The notes beneath the pieces are model-generated. The model was not told the origin of the DNA. It did no database searches and saw only the letters and a program-made list of their open reading frames with translations. The position numbers and the translations under genes are program-made. Shown in pieces: positions 7,170 through 15,248 of a stretch of 60,234 nt of DNA. Within the stretch, counting starts at the first letter, position 1. Every line of letters starts with the position of its first letter. Source of the stretch: a virus (Duplodnaviria > Caudoviricetes); the IMG/VR virus record IMGVR_UViG_3300037488_001588, positions 1-60,234 of that record; one strand, given 5' to 3'.

Positions 7170-7204
7170 CGATACTTGTGCCATAGAGGCACAAGTATCG
7201 TCAA
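7170..7204 (-). promoter_or_regulatory. Early promoter embedded in a perfect 13-bp inverted repeat (operator or cruciform)
   Basis: CGATACTTGTGCC-ATAGA-GGCACAAGTATCG at 7170-7200, overlapping TTGACG (-35) on the minus strand. Confidence 0.65.
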
Positions 7205-7215
7205 CCCCCCTATTC

Positions 7216-8529
7216 TCACCTTCTGAGCGCCGCCCACAGCCCGTCCTGCGTCGCCGCCTTCTGGCCCATCTTGCTCACGATCAGGGGCTCGACCGTGTTC
7301 TTGGCCACCGGCTCGTAGCTGTAGCACTGTGCTGTCGCCTGATCGCGACGGGCGACGCGGCCAAGCATTTGCAGGTACAGCTCCATGTCGTCTGGGACAG
7401 ACCACCACGCGATCGTGTTTCCACCGTGCTGCATGTTGAGGCCGTGGCCCATCGAGGCAGGCGAGACCGGCAGGACCGGGATCTCTTTCCGGTTCCAGCG
7501 GGCGATCGTGTCCTCGTCGTTCTTCGAGCCTGCGCCGATGAACGGGATGCCCGGCCACCGCCTCTGCATCATCGCGAGCTGCTCGCGGTAATGGTATGCG
7601 ATCAGGAGCGGCTTGCCGTTCATTTCATCGACGATGTCGGCCAGCACGTTCAGGCGGAACGGGTCGAACTCCACAGGCTCGCCCCTGTTGTCGTAGACGA
7701 ACCCGCCCGACGAGATCTGCAGCAGCTTGTTGCGCAGGACGCCTGCGGAGCCCGCCACGATGTCATGGTCGCTCAGCGTACTCTCTGCCCTGAACCTCTC
7801 GTAGAGGGCCCGTACGGCCGGCGGGAGGGTCACCTCGATCGGCGTACGCACGACGGGCGGCAGCTCGACCGCGTCGTCCTCCAGAACGTAGGTGAAAGGC
7901 CTGATGATCTCGGCCAGCTCGGCAGGCGTGTCGCCGAACGGCATCCAGTTGTGCTCGTCTCGATCGATCGGATAGAAGTACTTCCGCAGCCACTTGTCGT
8001 GACTGCGTCCGAACATCGTGAGCCCGACCGCGTTCGCCATGCCGTACAGGCTCGTCAAACCGTTCGGCGCCGGGGTGCCGGTACCGCCCGCCCAGATCTT
8101 GAAGCCGGCCTTGCGGACCGCCTTCTGGCGCTTGCCGGTCGGACTGCGCAATTTGCTCAGCTCGTCCCAATAGCAGGCCTCGCATCGGTGCTTTGTCTGG
8201 AGGATCGCGGGCACCATGTCGTGGTTGACCAGCAGCACGTCCGTCTTGGCGTCGATCGCCGCCTGTCGCTTGGCAGGCGAGATCTCGCCCGTGCAGAGTG
8301 CCATGCTCAGCGGGATGCCCCACTTCTCGGCCTCCTGCCGCCAGACGTTATTGATGACGCGAAGAGGCGCGCCGATCATGACGCGCTTCACGATCTTCTG
8401 CTCGATCAATGCCTGCGCCGTCAGGAGGTACGTGAGTGTCTTGCCGGTGCCAGTGGCACTAAACAGCATGCTATGATCTCGTTCAAACATGAAGTCCGCC
8501 GCCTCATGTTGATAGCTGGCGGGCTTCAT
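7216..8529 (-). CDS. SNF2-like superfamily 2 helicase
   Basis: YQ Q-motif, TGTGKT Walker A, APLRV, WDELSKL, GTGTPAPNG, HGLNMQ, Q..GRVAR; start reassigned to ATG 8529. Confidence 0.9.
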   Translation of the reverse strand: MKPASYQHEAADFMFERDHSMLFSATGTGKTLTYLLTAQALIEQKIVKRVMIGAPLRVINNVWRQEAEKWGIPLSMALCTGEISPAKRQAAIDAKTDVLLVNHDMVPAILQTKHRCEACYWDELSKLRSPTGKRQKAVRKAGFKIWAGGTGTPAPNGLTSLYGMANAVGLTMFGRSHDKWLRKYFYPIDRDEHNWMPFGDTPAELAEIIRPFTYVLEDDAVELPPVVRTPIEVTLPPAVRALYERFRAESTLSDHDIVAGSAGVLRNKLLQISSGGFVYDNRGEPVEFDPFRLNVLADIVDEMNGKPLLIAYHYREQLAMMQRRWPGIPFIGAGSKNDEDTIARWNRKEIPVLPVSPASMGHGLNMQHGGNTIAWWSVPDDMELYLQMLGRVARRDQATAQCYSYEPVAKNTVEPLIVSKMGQKAATQDGLWAALRR

Positions 8530-8807
8530 GGCAGCAGCATGAGGTTCAGGATTGCGCTGAACTGCTCCCGGGTGCGGACCACGTAGTGGTCGTGACCCAT
8601 CTTCAGTATACGGGTCCGCCACACTTCCTGCAGCGGCTCCAGAGGCGCCTTCGGCGTCTTGAATTCGAGGAAGACGACCGCGTACGGCAGCAACAGGATA
8701 CGATCGGGCACGCCGGCATTGCCGGGGCTCACCCACTTCAACAAGTACCCGCCGGCCTTGGTCGTCTGCTCGCGGCACCACTTCTCCAGATCAGCTTCGT
8801 ATGCCAT
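8526..8807 (-). CDS. VRR-NUC domain nuclease
   Basis: E.DLEK, KWVSPGNAGVPDRI, FLEFK.P, PLQ motifs. Confidence 0.9.
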   Translation of the reverse strand: MAYEADLEKWCREQTTKAGGYLLKWVSPGNAGVPDRILLLPYAVVFLEFKTPKAPLEPLQEVWRTRILKMGHDHYVVRTREQFSAILNLMLLP

Positions 8808-8809
8808 AC

Positions 8810-8859
8810 TTGACCCTCTGTTGTGCTTGAGATATATCCCGGTCTTCCGCAGCGTTCAA
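8810..8859. promoter_or_regulatory. Overlapping divergent promoters sharing a palindromic -10
   Basis: Plus strand TTGACC(8810)-N17-TATATC(8833); minus strand TTGAAC(8859)-N17-TATATC(8836); both use GATATATC at 8831-8838. Confidence 0.65.
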
Positions 8860-8874
8860 TGGAGTTTCAGCATC

Positions 8875-9054
8875 ATGGCAAGCCGTCTGGCCAAAGGCAC
8901 CAAGACCACGCGGGTACCGTCACAGGTGCCGGATGCGTGGTTGAAGGTGATCAACAAGGCCGCCGCGATCCGCAACATCAGCCGTTCGCAGTACATGTCG
9001 ACCGTAGCGTACGAGCAGGCCCAGCTGGACGTGGCCAAGGCCGCGAAGGGCTAG
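8875..9054 (+). CDS. Ribbon-helix-helix DNA-binding protein
   Basis: TTRVPSQVPDAWLKVINKAAAIRNISRSQYM: beta-helix-turn-SRS-helix pattern; GGAG RBS. Confidence 0.7.
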   Translation: MASRLAKGTKTTRVPSQVPDAWLKVINKAAAIRNISRSQYMSTVAYEQAQLDVAKAAKG

Positions 9055-9063
9055 CGTCGGCCG

Positions 9064-9246
9064 ATGGCGACGAAGAAGACCCGGCCGGCGATGAACGGCT
9101 ACGGCAGCATGTTCAGGGGCCGGCACGAGCCCGCCGAGCCCGCGAGCAAGGTACGAGTGCTGAAGGGCGCGGAGTTCGAGAGACGCAAGCGAGAGCTGGA
9201 AGAACGTATCGACAAACCAAAACCGAAAAACGAAATCAACTTCTGA
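9064..9246 (+). CDS. Hypothetical protein
   Basis: 60-aa ORF filling the gap in the operon. Confidence 0.55.
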   Translation: MATKKTRPAMNGYGSMFRGRHEPAEPASKVRVLKGAEFERRKRELEERIDKPKPKNEINF

Positions 9247-9256
9247 GGAGAGAAGC

Positions 9257-10381
9257 ATGCCTACCATCCATCACAAGTACGGCGGATCGAATGCCAGCAT
9301 ATGGCTCAACTGCGCGGCGGCGCCCGGCCTGATCGAGAAGGTGCCGCGCCGCCCCGCAGGGCCTGCCGCCGAGCACGGCACGGCGCAGCACGACGTCATG
9401 GAGGCCCTGATCAACGACCCCGATCTGGTGCCGGAAAAGTTCCTCGGGACCAAGATGGCCAACGGCATCGTGATCGACGAGAACTATATGGGCGCCATCA
9501 ACACCGCCCTCGACGCTTGGGTCGAGATCCAAGACACGTTCCCGAGCGCGACGTTTATCGCGGCCGAGCGCATGGTCATGCTGACCGACGAGGCCGGCGG
9601 AACAAGCGACGGCGCGTTAGTCGAGGGTAATCGCGGCGGCATCGTCGACTTTAAATTCGGGCAAGTTGAGGTTGCGGCGACGTCAGAACAAAATCTTTTC
9701 TACCTGACTTGCGCTCGTAAGAGCCTGCCAGAATTCGCCAAGGTTGAAATCTTTGAGAGCTACATCATCCAGCCCGCCCTAGACCCCGTCGTCGACAAGG
9801 TCGTGTACCCGGCGAGCGTTCTCGACCGTTTCGAGCAGACCGCCTTCACCGCGATCGCGGCGAGCAAGGCGCCCAACCCGAGACCGGTCGAGGGCGACTG
9901 GTGCAAGTGGTGCGACGCGAAGCTGGTGTGCCCGGCCAAGACCGGACGCAACGAGACGCTCACGCACCCGTCCGAGCACATCCTCAACCTCGCGACGCTG
10001 GGCGAGCAGGCTGCGCGCTTGCGCCCCCTGCTGAAGAGCGCGGAGAAGTGGCTGGAAGAGGCCGAGGAGCGCATCCACCACGAGCTGACGAACGGCGTCG
10101 CGGTGCCGGGCTGGAAGCTGGTCGACAAGCGCGCCGTGCGTGTGTGGAAGAGCGAGCCCGAGGCGATCCTTGCGCTGAAGCGCTTGAACATCTCGCCGGA
10201 CAAGTACATGATCACTACCCTCATCTCGCCCCCCAAGGCGGAAGAGTTGCTGAAGAAAAAGACCGTAGACGAAATGACCAACAAGGTTTCCTCGGGCACC
10301 ACTGTGGCGCTCGCGGATGACAAGCGACCGGCCGTGCTACCGGTCGCTGCGATAGCAGCACACCTCAAGAGACTGAAGTAG
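9257..10381 (+). CDS. Cas4-like / DUF2800 PD-(D/E)XK exonuclease
   Basis: H.KYGGS.A..WLNC, A.HGT..H, GGTSD, IVDFKFG, IIQP, CKWC....VCP, VPGWKLV. Confidence 0.85.
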   Translation: MPTIHHKYGGSNASIWLNCAAAPGLIEKVPRRPAGPAAEHGTAQHDVMEALINDPDLVPEKFLGTKMANGIVIDENYMGAINTALDAWVEIQDTFPSATFIAAERMVMLTDEAGGTSDGALVEGNRGGIVDFKFGQVEVAATSEQNLFYLTCARKSLPEFAKVEIFESYIIQPALDPVVDKVVYPASVLDRFEQTAFTAIAASKAPNPRPVEGDWCKWCDAKLVCPAKTGRNETLTHPSEHILNLATLGEQAARLRPLLKSAEKWLEEAEERIHHELTNGVAVPGWKLVDKRAVRVWKSEPEAILALKRLNISPDKYMITTLISPPKAEELLKKKTVDEMTNKVSSGTTVALADDKRPAVLPVAAIAAHLKRLK

Positions 10382-10393
10382 AAGGACCGACAA

Positions 10394-11152
10394 ATGACCA
10401 GCAACATCGTATCGTTCAAGGGCAACCTGCCCACGAACAACATCACCGTCTTCCAGAAGGCTCTTGCGCAGACCAAGCAGGCTGTCGGCGTCGATGCGTC
10501 CGGCGGCAAGCAGTTCCTGAAGCTCGCCAAGAACGGCGGCTACTGGGTGTACGGACCGAAGGACACCGAGGTCGAGGAAGGCAGCCGCTGGGCGATCAAC
10601 CCGATGTCCCTGAAGACGGGCTTCGTGGCGTGGAAGGGCGGCAAGCCGGTCGGCGAGCGCATGGGTTCCATCTTCAACCCGCCGATCACACGCGACTCGC
10701 TCGACGACGTCGGTGCCAAGTGGGACGAGGCGATCGCCTTCGATCTCGTCTGCGTCAGCGGCGAGGATGAGGGAACCGAGACCCGCTACAACGCCAACAG
10801 CTACGGCGGCCGGAAGGCGTTCACGGCTGTCATGGACGACCTCATGAAGCAGACGACCGTCGATCCGCAGAACATCGTGCCGATCGTCGAACTCAAGAGC
10901 GACAGCTACGATCATCGGGAGTACGGCAAGACCTACAACCCGCTGTTCAATATCGTGGGCTGGTCCAGCATGGGTGCGCCGCCGGCAGCCGAGGAGCCGG
11001 CCGACGAGCCTGCCGAGGCGCCTGTCGCCGAGACCAAGGCCGAGGCTCCGAAGGAAGAGCCTGCGCGCCGTCGTCGTGGCGCGGTGACCGACGTGGCTCC
11101 CGAGCCGGCGAAGGAAGAGCCTGCCCGCCGCCAGCGTCGGCGCGCCAGCTAG
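10394..11152 (+). CDS. Putative single-stranded DNA-binding protein
   Basis: Lies between exonuclease and polymerase; aromatic beta-rich body (SYDHREYGKTYNP.F.IVGW) and a low-complexity tail. Confidence 0.6.
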   Translation: MTSNIVSFKGNLPTNNITVFQKALAQTKQAVGVDASGGKQFLKLAKNGGYWVYGPKDTEVEEGSRWAINPMSLKTGFVAWKGGKPVGERMGSIFNPPITRDSLDDVGAKWDEAIAFDLVCVSGEDEGTETRYNANSYGGRKAFTAVMDDLMKQTTVDPQNIVPIVELKSDSYDHREYGKTYNPLFNIVGWSSMGAPPAAEEPADEPAEAPVAETKAEAPKEEPARRRRGAVTDVAPEPAKEEPARRQRRRAS

Positions 11153-11162
11153 TATCCGGGGC

Positions 11163-11228
11163 GCACGTCCCGGCAACGGGACGTGCGGTTTACCCGCCGG
11201 CAGTGTGTGGCTGCCGGCGGGTCTTTTT
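11163..11228 (+). terminator. Tandem hairpins; the second resembles an intrinsic terminator directly upstream of the polymerase gene
   Basis: GCACGTCCCG-GCAA-CGGGACGTGC, then ACCCGCCGGCAG-N7-CTGCCGGCGGGT-CTTTTT. Confidence 0.7.
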
Positions 11229-11250
11229 CCTGCTACCACGGGAAACTATC

Positions 11251-13302
11251 GTGAACCTCAATCTCGATTTCGAGACGGGCGCCACCGTCGACCTGACCGT
11301 GACCGGCGCCTACATCTACGCGGCGCACCCCGACACGCACGTCCTCTGCGCGTCGTACAGTCTGGACGACGGCAAGACCGTGAAGCGTTGGCGTGCGTGG
11401 GCTGGCGATAAGATGCCGGCCGATCTCGCTGCCGCGCTCGATGACGACACGGTCGAGATCCACGCATGGAACGCGGCCTTCGAGCGGCTGATCCTGCGAC
11501 ACGTCGTGAAGCGCGAGACACCGATCCGCCGCTTCCGCTGCACCATGGCGCGCGCCCGTACCATGGCACTGCCCGGCAAGCTCGAACTCTGCGCCAAGGC
11601 CCTCTGCCTGCCGCAGCAGAAGGGCAACAACGCCATCATGATGAAGTGGTGCAAGCCGCTCCCGAGCGGTGAGTGGGCCGACGACGATGGCGAGTACGAC
11701 AAGCTCTGCGACTACTGCGACGACGACGTCCGCACCGAGATCGCGATCGGCACCATGCTGCGCCCGCTCAGCGACGAGGAGTGGGAGGATTACCACATCA
11801 ACGAGGAGATCAACGATCGCGGGCTGCCGCTCGACATGGATCTCGTGCGCGCCGCGCAGAACTACGCCGCCGACGAGATGGTCGAGATCAACGCCCGCAT
11901 CTCGATGCTCACACGAGGCGTCGTCACCACGGTCAAGCAGCACGCGAGGATCAAGACGTGGCTTGGCGAACGCCTGCCACCCGGCATGGAGCTGGCTCCC
12001 CGAAAGGGCAAGATCTCGTTCGATAGGAGCGTGCGCGAGTACTACCTCTCAGTGGAGAATGAAGATGTCATCACAGGCGACATTCGCGACTTCATACAGC
12101 TGGTACACGATGGTGGCCGAGCGAGCACCGCTAAGTTCGCTGCTATGCAGGCTCGCTCGGGACCGGATGACCGTTTGCGCGGCGCATACGTCTTTGCAGG
12201 GGCCGGACAGACTGGTCGTTTTAGTTCGACAGGTGCCCAGACCCACAACTTCATCCGGAAGAAGCTCGCCAACATAGAAGACGTCGTCGAGCGGATTCTG
12301 AGCAAGGCCCCCAAGGCCGACGTGATCAAGGCGGCGAGCTTCGACAAGAACGGCGCGCTGGTATTTGACGACGGCGAGCAGCTCGCGAAGGCATACGACA
12401 TGCTCACGATCATGTCCCGCACGCTGCGCCCGTCGATCGTGGCACCGATCGGCAAGACGCTGGTCTGGGGCGACTGGTCGTCGATCGAGGCCGTCGTGCT
12501 GCCGTGGCTCAGCAAGGAGAACACGGCCAATCAGGTGCTTGAGGTCTACGCCTCGGGCGCTGACCTGTACCGGCATCAGGCTCTGTCGACGTTCAACCTG
12601 CAGTCCATCGATCAGGTCACGAAGGACCAGCGACAGGCCTGCAAGGTGCAGATCCTGTCGCTTGGTTTCGGCGGTGGCGTAGGTGCCTTCCAAGCGATGT
12701 CGCGCAACTATGGCCTGCGTGTGAGCGACGAGCAGGCCGACCAGTACAAGGTGACGTGGCGTCTCTCCAACCCGTGGGCGCAGCGCTTCTGGAACGCTCT
12801 TGAGACGGCGGCATTCAACGCGGTACGCACGCCCGAGACCGTGTTCGATGCCGGTCGCGTGTCGTACTTCTTCGCGCAGGGATCGCTGTGGTGCATGCTG
12901 CCGAGCGGTCGCACGATCTGCTACCCGTTTGCCAAGCTGGAGACGGTCGAGGACCGCTGGGGCTCATCTCTCAAGGTCACCGCGATCAAGGGATCGTTCC
13001 ACCCCGCCGCAGGCTCGGACGGCAGCGACTGGCCCCGCATGACGCTGTGGGGCGGGTTCCAAGCCGAGAACGTGACGCAGGCCGAGGCGGCGTCAGCGCT
13101 GCGCTACGCGCGCCGGGAGAGCTACGCCTGCGACTGGTACCAGATCGGCGACACGCACGATGAGCTGCTGTGGGAGGTCGAGGAGAGGGAGGAGGCCGAG
13201 GCCAAGGCCGCGATGCTCGACATCATGACGACCCTGCCCGAGACGTTCGCCGGCCTTCCGTTGCGGGCCGAGATCAGCTCGGGCGTGGTCTACGGCAAGT
13301 GA
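11251..13302 (+). CDS. polA: DNA polymerase family A with 3'-5' exonuclease
   Basis: LDFET (Exo I), AWNAAFE, YC..DV, TGRFSS, motif A DWSSIE, motif B RQACKVQILSLGFGGG, ENVTQA, motif C HDE; GTG start at 11251. Confidence 0.92.
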   Translation: MNLNLDFETGATVDLTVTGAYIYAAHPDTHVLCASYSLDDGKTVKRWRAWAGDKMPADLAAALDDDTVEIHAWNAAFERLILRHVVKRETPIRRFRCTMARARTMALPGKLELCAKALCLPQQKGNNAIMMKWCKPLPSGEWADDDGEYDKLCDYCDDDVRTEIAIGTMLRPLSDEEWEDYHINEEINDRGLPLDMDLVRAAQNYAADEMVEINARISMLTRGVVTTVKQHARIKTWLGERLPPGMELAPRKGKISFDRSVREYYLSVENEDVITGDIRDFIQLVHDGGRASTAKFAAMQARSGPDDRLRGAYVFAGAGQTGRFSSTGAQTHNFIRKKLANIEDVVERILSKAPKADVIKAASFDKNGALVFDDGEQLAKAYDMLTIMSRTLRPSIVAPIGKTLVWGDWSSIEAVVLPWLSKENTANQVLEVYASGADLYRHQALSTFNLQSIDQVTKDQRQACKVQILSLGFGGGVGAFQAMSRNYGLRVSDEQADQYKVTWRLSNPWAQRFWNALETAAFNAVRTPETVFDAGRVSYFFAQGSLWCMLPSGRTICYPFAKLETVEDRWGSSLKVTAIKGSFHPAAGSDGSDWPRMTLWGGFQAENVTQAEAASALRYARRESYACDWYQIGDTHDELLWEVEEREEAEAKAAMLDIMTTLPETFAGLPLRAEISSGVVYGK

Positions 13303-13617
13303 TCAGCGCGGGGGCGTCGGCACGGTTACCCGCCATTGCTCTAGGCCCGTGAGCCGCCTGTCGTGATTGAGGATGGTGGCGGACGTCACGCGCCCCTCCC
13401 CGATGACCTCTGTGATCCTGAGGTTGAGGGTGTTGATCGAGTTGGTGAGTTCCTTGATGTTCCCCAGCGTCTGGACGGCGACGTACGTCACGACGCTGAT
13501 GAACAGCAACAGGATCGTCGCGGTTATGCGGAAGAGGGCCTGAAATGCAGGGGTGTTGAACATCTCGACAGTCGCCTTCAAGGAATCCCCGCTAAGTCTA
13601 TTTGGATTGTTTGGCAC
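13303..13617 (-). CDS. Single-pass membrane protein with coiled coil (possible lysis accessory)
   Basis: One hydrophobic helix ITATILLLFISVVTYVAV followed by heptad repeats. Confidence 0.55.
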   Translation of the reverse strand: MPNNPNRLSGDSLKATVEMFNTPAFQALFRITATILLLFISVVTYVAVQTLGNIKELTNSINTLNLRITEVIGEGRVTSATILNHDRRLTGLEQWRVTVPTPPR

Positions 13618-13661
13618 GAGTGCATTCCCCTCTACGCATATCTCGACGATGTTTTTCTGAG

Positions 13662-15248
13662 CTAGGAAATCGCCCCGTCAGACTCGGTGACGCGCATGTA
13701 CACCGTCCCCGCGCCCAATGTGGCAGCGTTGAGCGTCAGAACGGAGCCGATAGTGAGCGCCGCAGTCGATACATTCTGATACGCGCCGATGACACGAAAC
13801 GGGCCTCCGTGCTGGGCATTGTTGGTGAAGTAGAAAGTTGCAGTGTTTAGCGTTGATGCGTCGACAGTCGCCGTCAAAGTACTACTGGTGTTCTGCCCGA
13901 TGAGATAAGGAATATCGACTTCGATAGTCAAAATCGAGGTGGATAGACGGGGGGTGTAGGAGAAGCTGAACGGGAATGCCCCGATAGCCTTCATCGTGAT
14001 GTAGGCGGGGTTCAGCGCAACGGGCGCGCCGCTCGCGCGCTGGTAAGCGTAACACACCCAAGTTCCGCCACCCGACGAAACCAATATCGCGGTGTCGCCC
14101 GCCTGCGTCTGGATGTTGTTGCCGCCGTTTGGCAACCCAAGAACGCCGCTCTGAACAAGCGTCAAAGAGCCGCCAAAGTACACTATCCGCGTCGCGCCGA
14201 ATGCAATACTGTCAAACGCATTGATCGTCGTCGTCCCGGTGATATCAATATTGTTCGCGGGGGCTGCGCCGATTGCAGTCGTCGAAGCGCTCGCCACCGC
14301 CGCTTTGGTCCCGTTGATCGCGGCGCCCGTCATGGTGAGCGTGCTGCTGAGCGTGGCCCCGGCAGCCGTCAGCAGCCCGGTGGTCGTGAGGGCGTTCGTC
14401 GTCTTGTTGAACACCAGACCGGCGTCACCGCCAAACGCACCCGCATCGTTGAACTGGACCTGAGTGGTCGAGCCGCCCGGCACGGTGCCGACAGACGCCG
14501 TCGTCTGCGTCGTGTTGTCGGGGAACTTGATGCCGCCTGCCGTCGTGTAGATGACGCCCGCCACCGTCAGCAGCTCGGCGCCCAGTGTGGCCGTCCCGAT
14601 GCCCACCTTTGTGCCGCTCAGATAGAGGTTGTTCGAGCCGATGTTCACGCCGTTCGGGATCGCCATCGTGCCGGCGTTCACGGTGATGGCATCGCCTACA
14701 GCGTCTCCGAGCACCGTGGTGCCGGTCACGCTCAAGCCCGTGGTCGTGACGGTCGTGCCGTTGAAGACGAGGTTGGCGGAGCCCGCGAGCACGCCCGCGT
14801 TGTTGTACTGGATCTGGGTTGTCGACCCCGCCGCCACGGGAGACGTGTTGATGGCGAGGAACATGCCCGTCGCGGTGCCGTCGCACGTCACCAACGTGTT
14901 CTGCGCCGCCGGGATCGTGACAGCTGCGCCGCCGGCCAGACTGTCCATGGTGACCGCGAAGCCGCCGACCGTATCGTTGCGTGCGACCCAGAGACCGCCG
15001 ACGGCCGACGGCACGCGGTAATTGATGGCCGCCGTGGGCGTGCCGGTGAAGACGATCTTGAGGGGCTGGTACTGCGCCGTGACGAGCGTCACGTTGCCCG
15101 ACAAGCCCGTCGTGTTGATGCTCACCGATCCGCCGAGCGCGAGGTCGATGATGGCCCAGTCGTTGTTGACCGGGACGTCCCACGTATCGACGTAGTCGTT
15201 GAATGCCGGCTGTTCGATGCGCTTATTGGCGGTGTACGTCGAAACCAT
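13662..15248 (-). CDS. Tail fibre / virion structural protein
   Basis: 528 aa, Thr/Gly-rich; N-terminal STYT...E.PA.......W....N virion-attachment-type motif; two GSTTQ.Q.N.AG repeats; GGIKFPDNTTQTTA. Confidence 0.7.
   Translation of the reverse strand: MVSTYTANKRIEQPAFNDYVDTWDVPVNNDWAIIDLALGGSVSINTTGLSGNVTLVTAQYQPLKIVFTGTPTAAINYRVPSAVGGLWVARNDTVGGFAVTMDSLAGGAAVTIPAAQNTLVTCDGTATGMFLAINTSPVAAGSTTQIQYNNAGVLAGSANLVFNGTTVTTTGLSVTGTTVLGDAVGDAITVNAGTMAIPNGVNIGSNNLYLSGTKVGIGTATLGAELLTVAGVIYTTAGGIKFPDNTTQTTASVGTVPGGSTTQVQFNDAGAFGGDAGLVFNKTTNALTTTGLLTAAGATLSSTLTMTGAAINGTKAAVASASTTAIGAAPANNIDITGTTTINAFDSIAFGATRIVYFGGSLTLVQSGVLGLPNGGNNIQTQAGDTAILVSSGGGTWVCYAYQRASGAPVALNPAYITMKAIGAFPFSFSYTPRLSTSILTIEVDIPYLIGQNTSSTLTATVDASTLNTATFYFTNNAQHGGPFRVIGAYQNVSTAALTIGSVLTLNAATLGAGTVYMRVTESDGAIS

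Noticed and set aside
9257-10381. Cas4-like nuclease suggesting a CRISPR system
   Set aside because: No array or other cas genes; this family is a standard part of exonuclease-SSB-PolA phage replication modules
11050-11149. Duplicated KEEPARR in the SSB tail
   Set aside because: Short duplication in a low-complexity tail; an Arg-rich rather than acidic end is mildly odd but supports no functional claim
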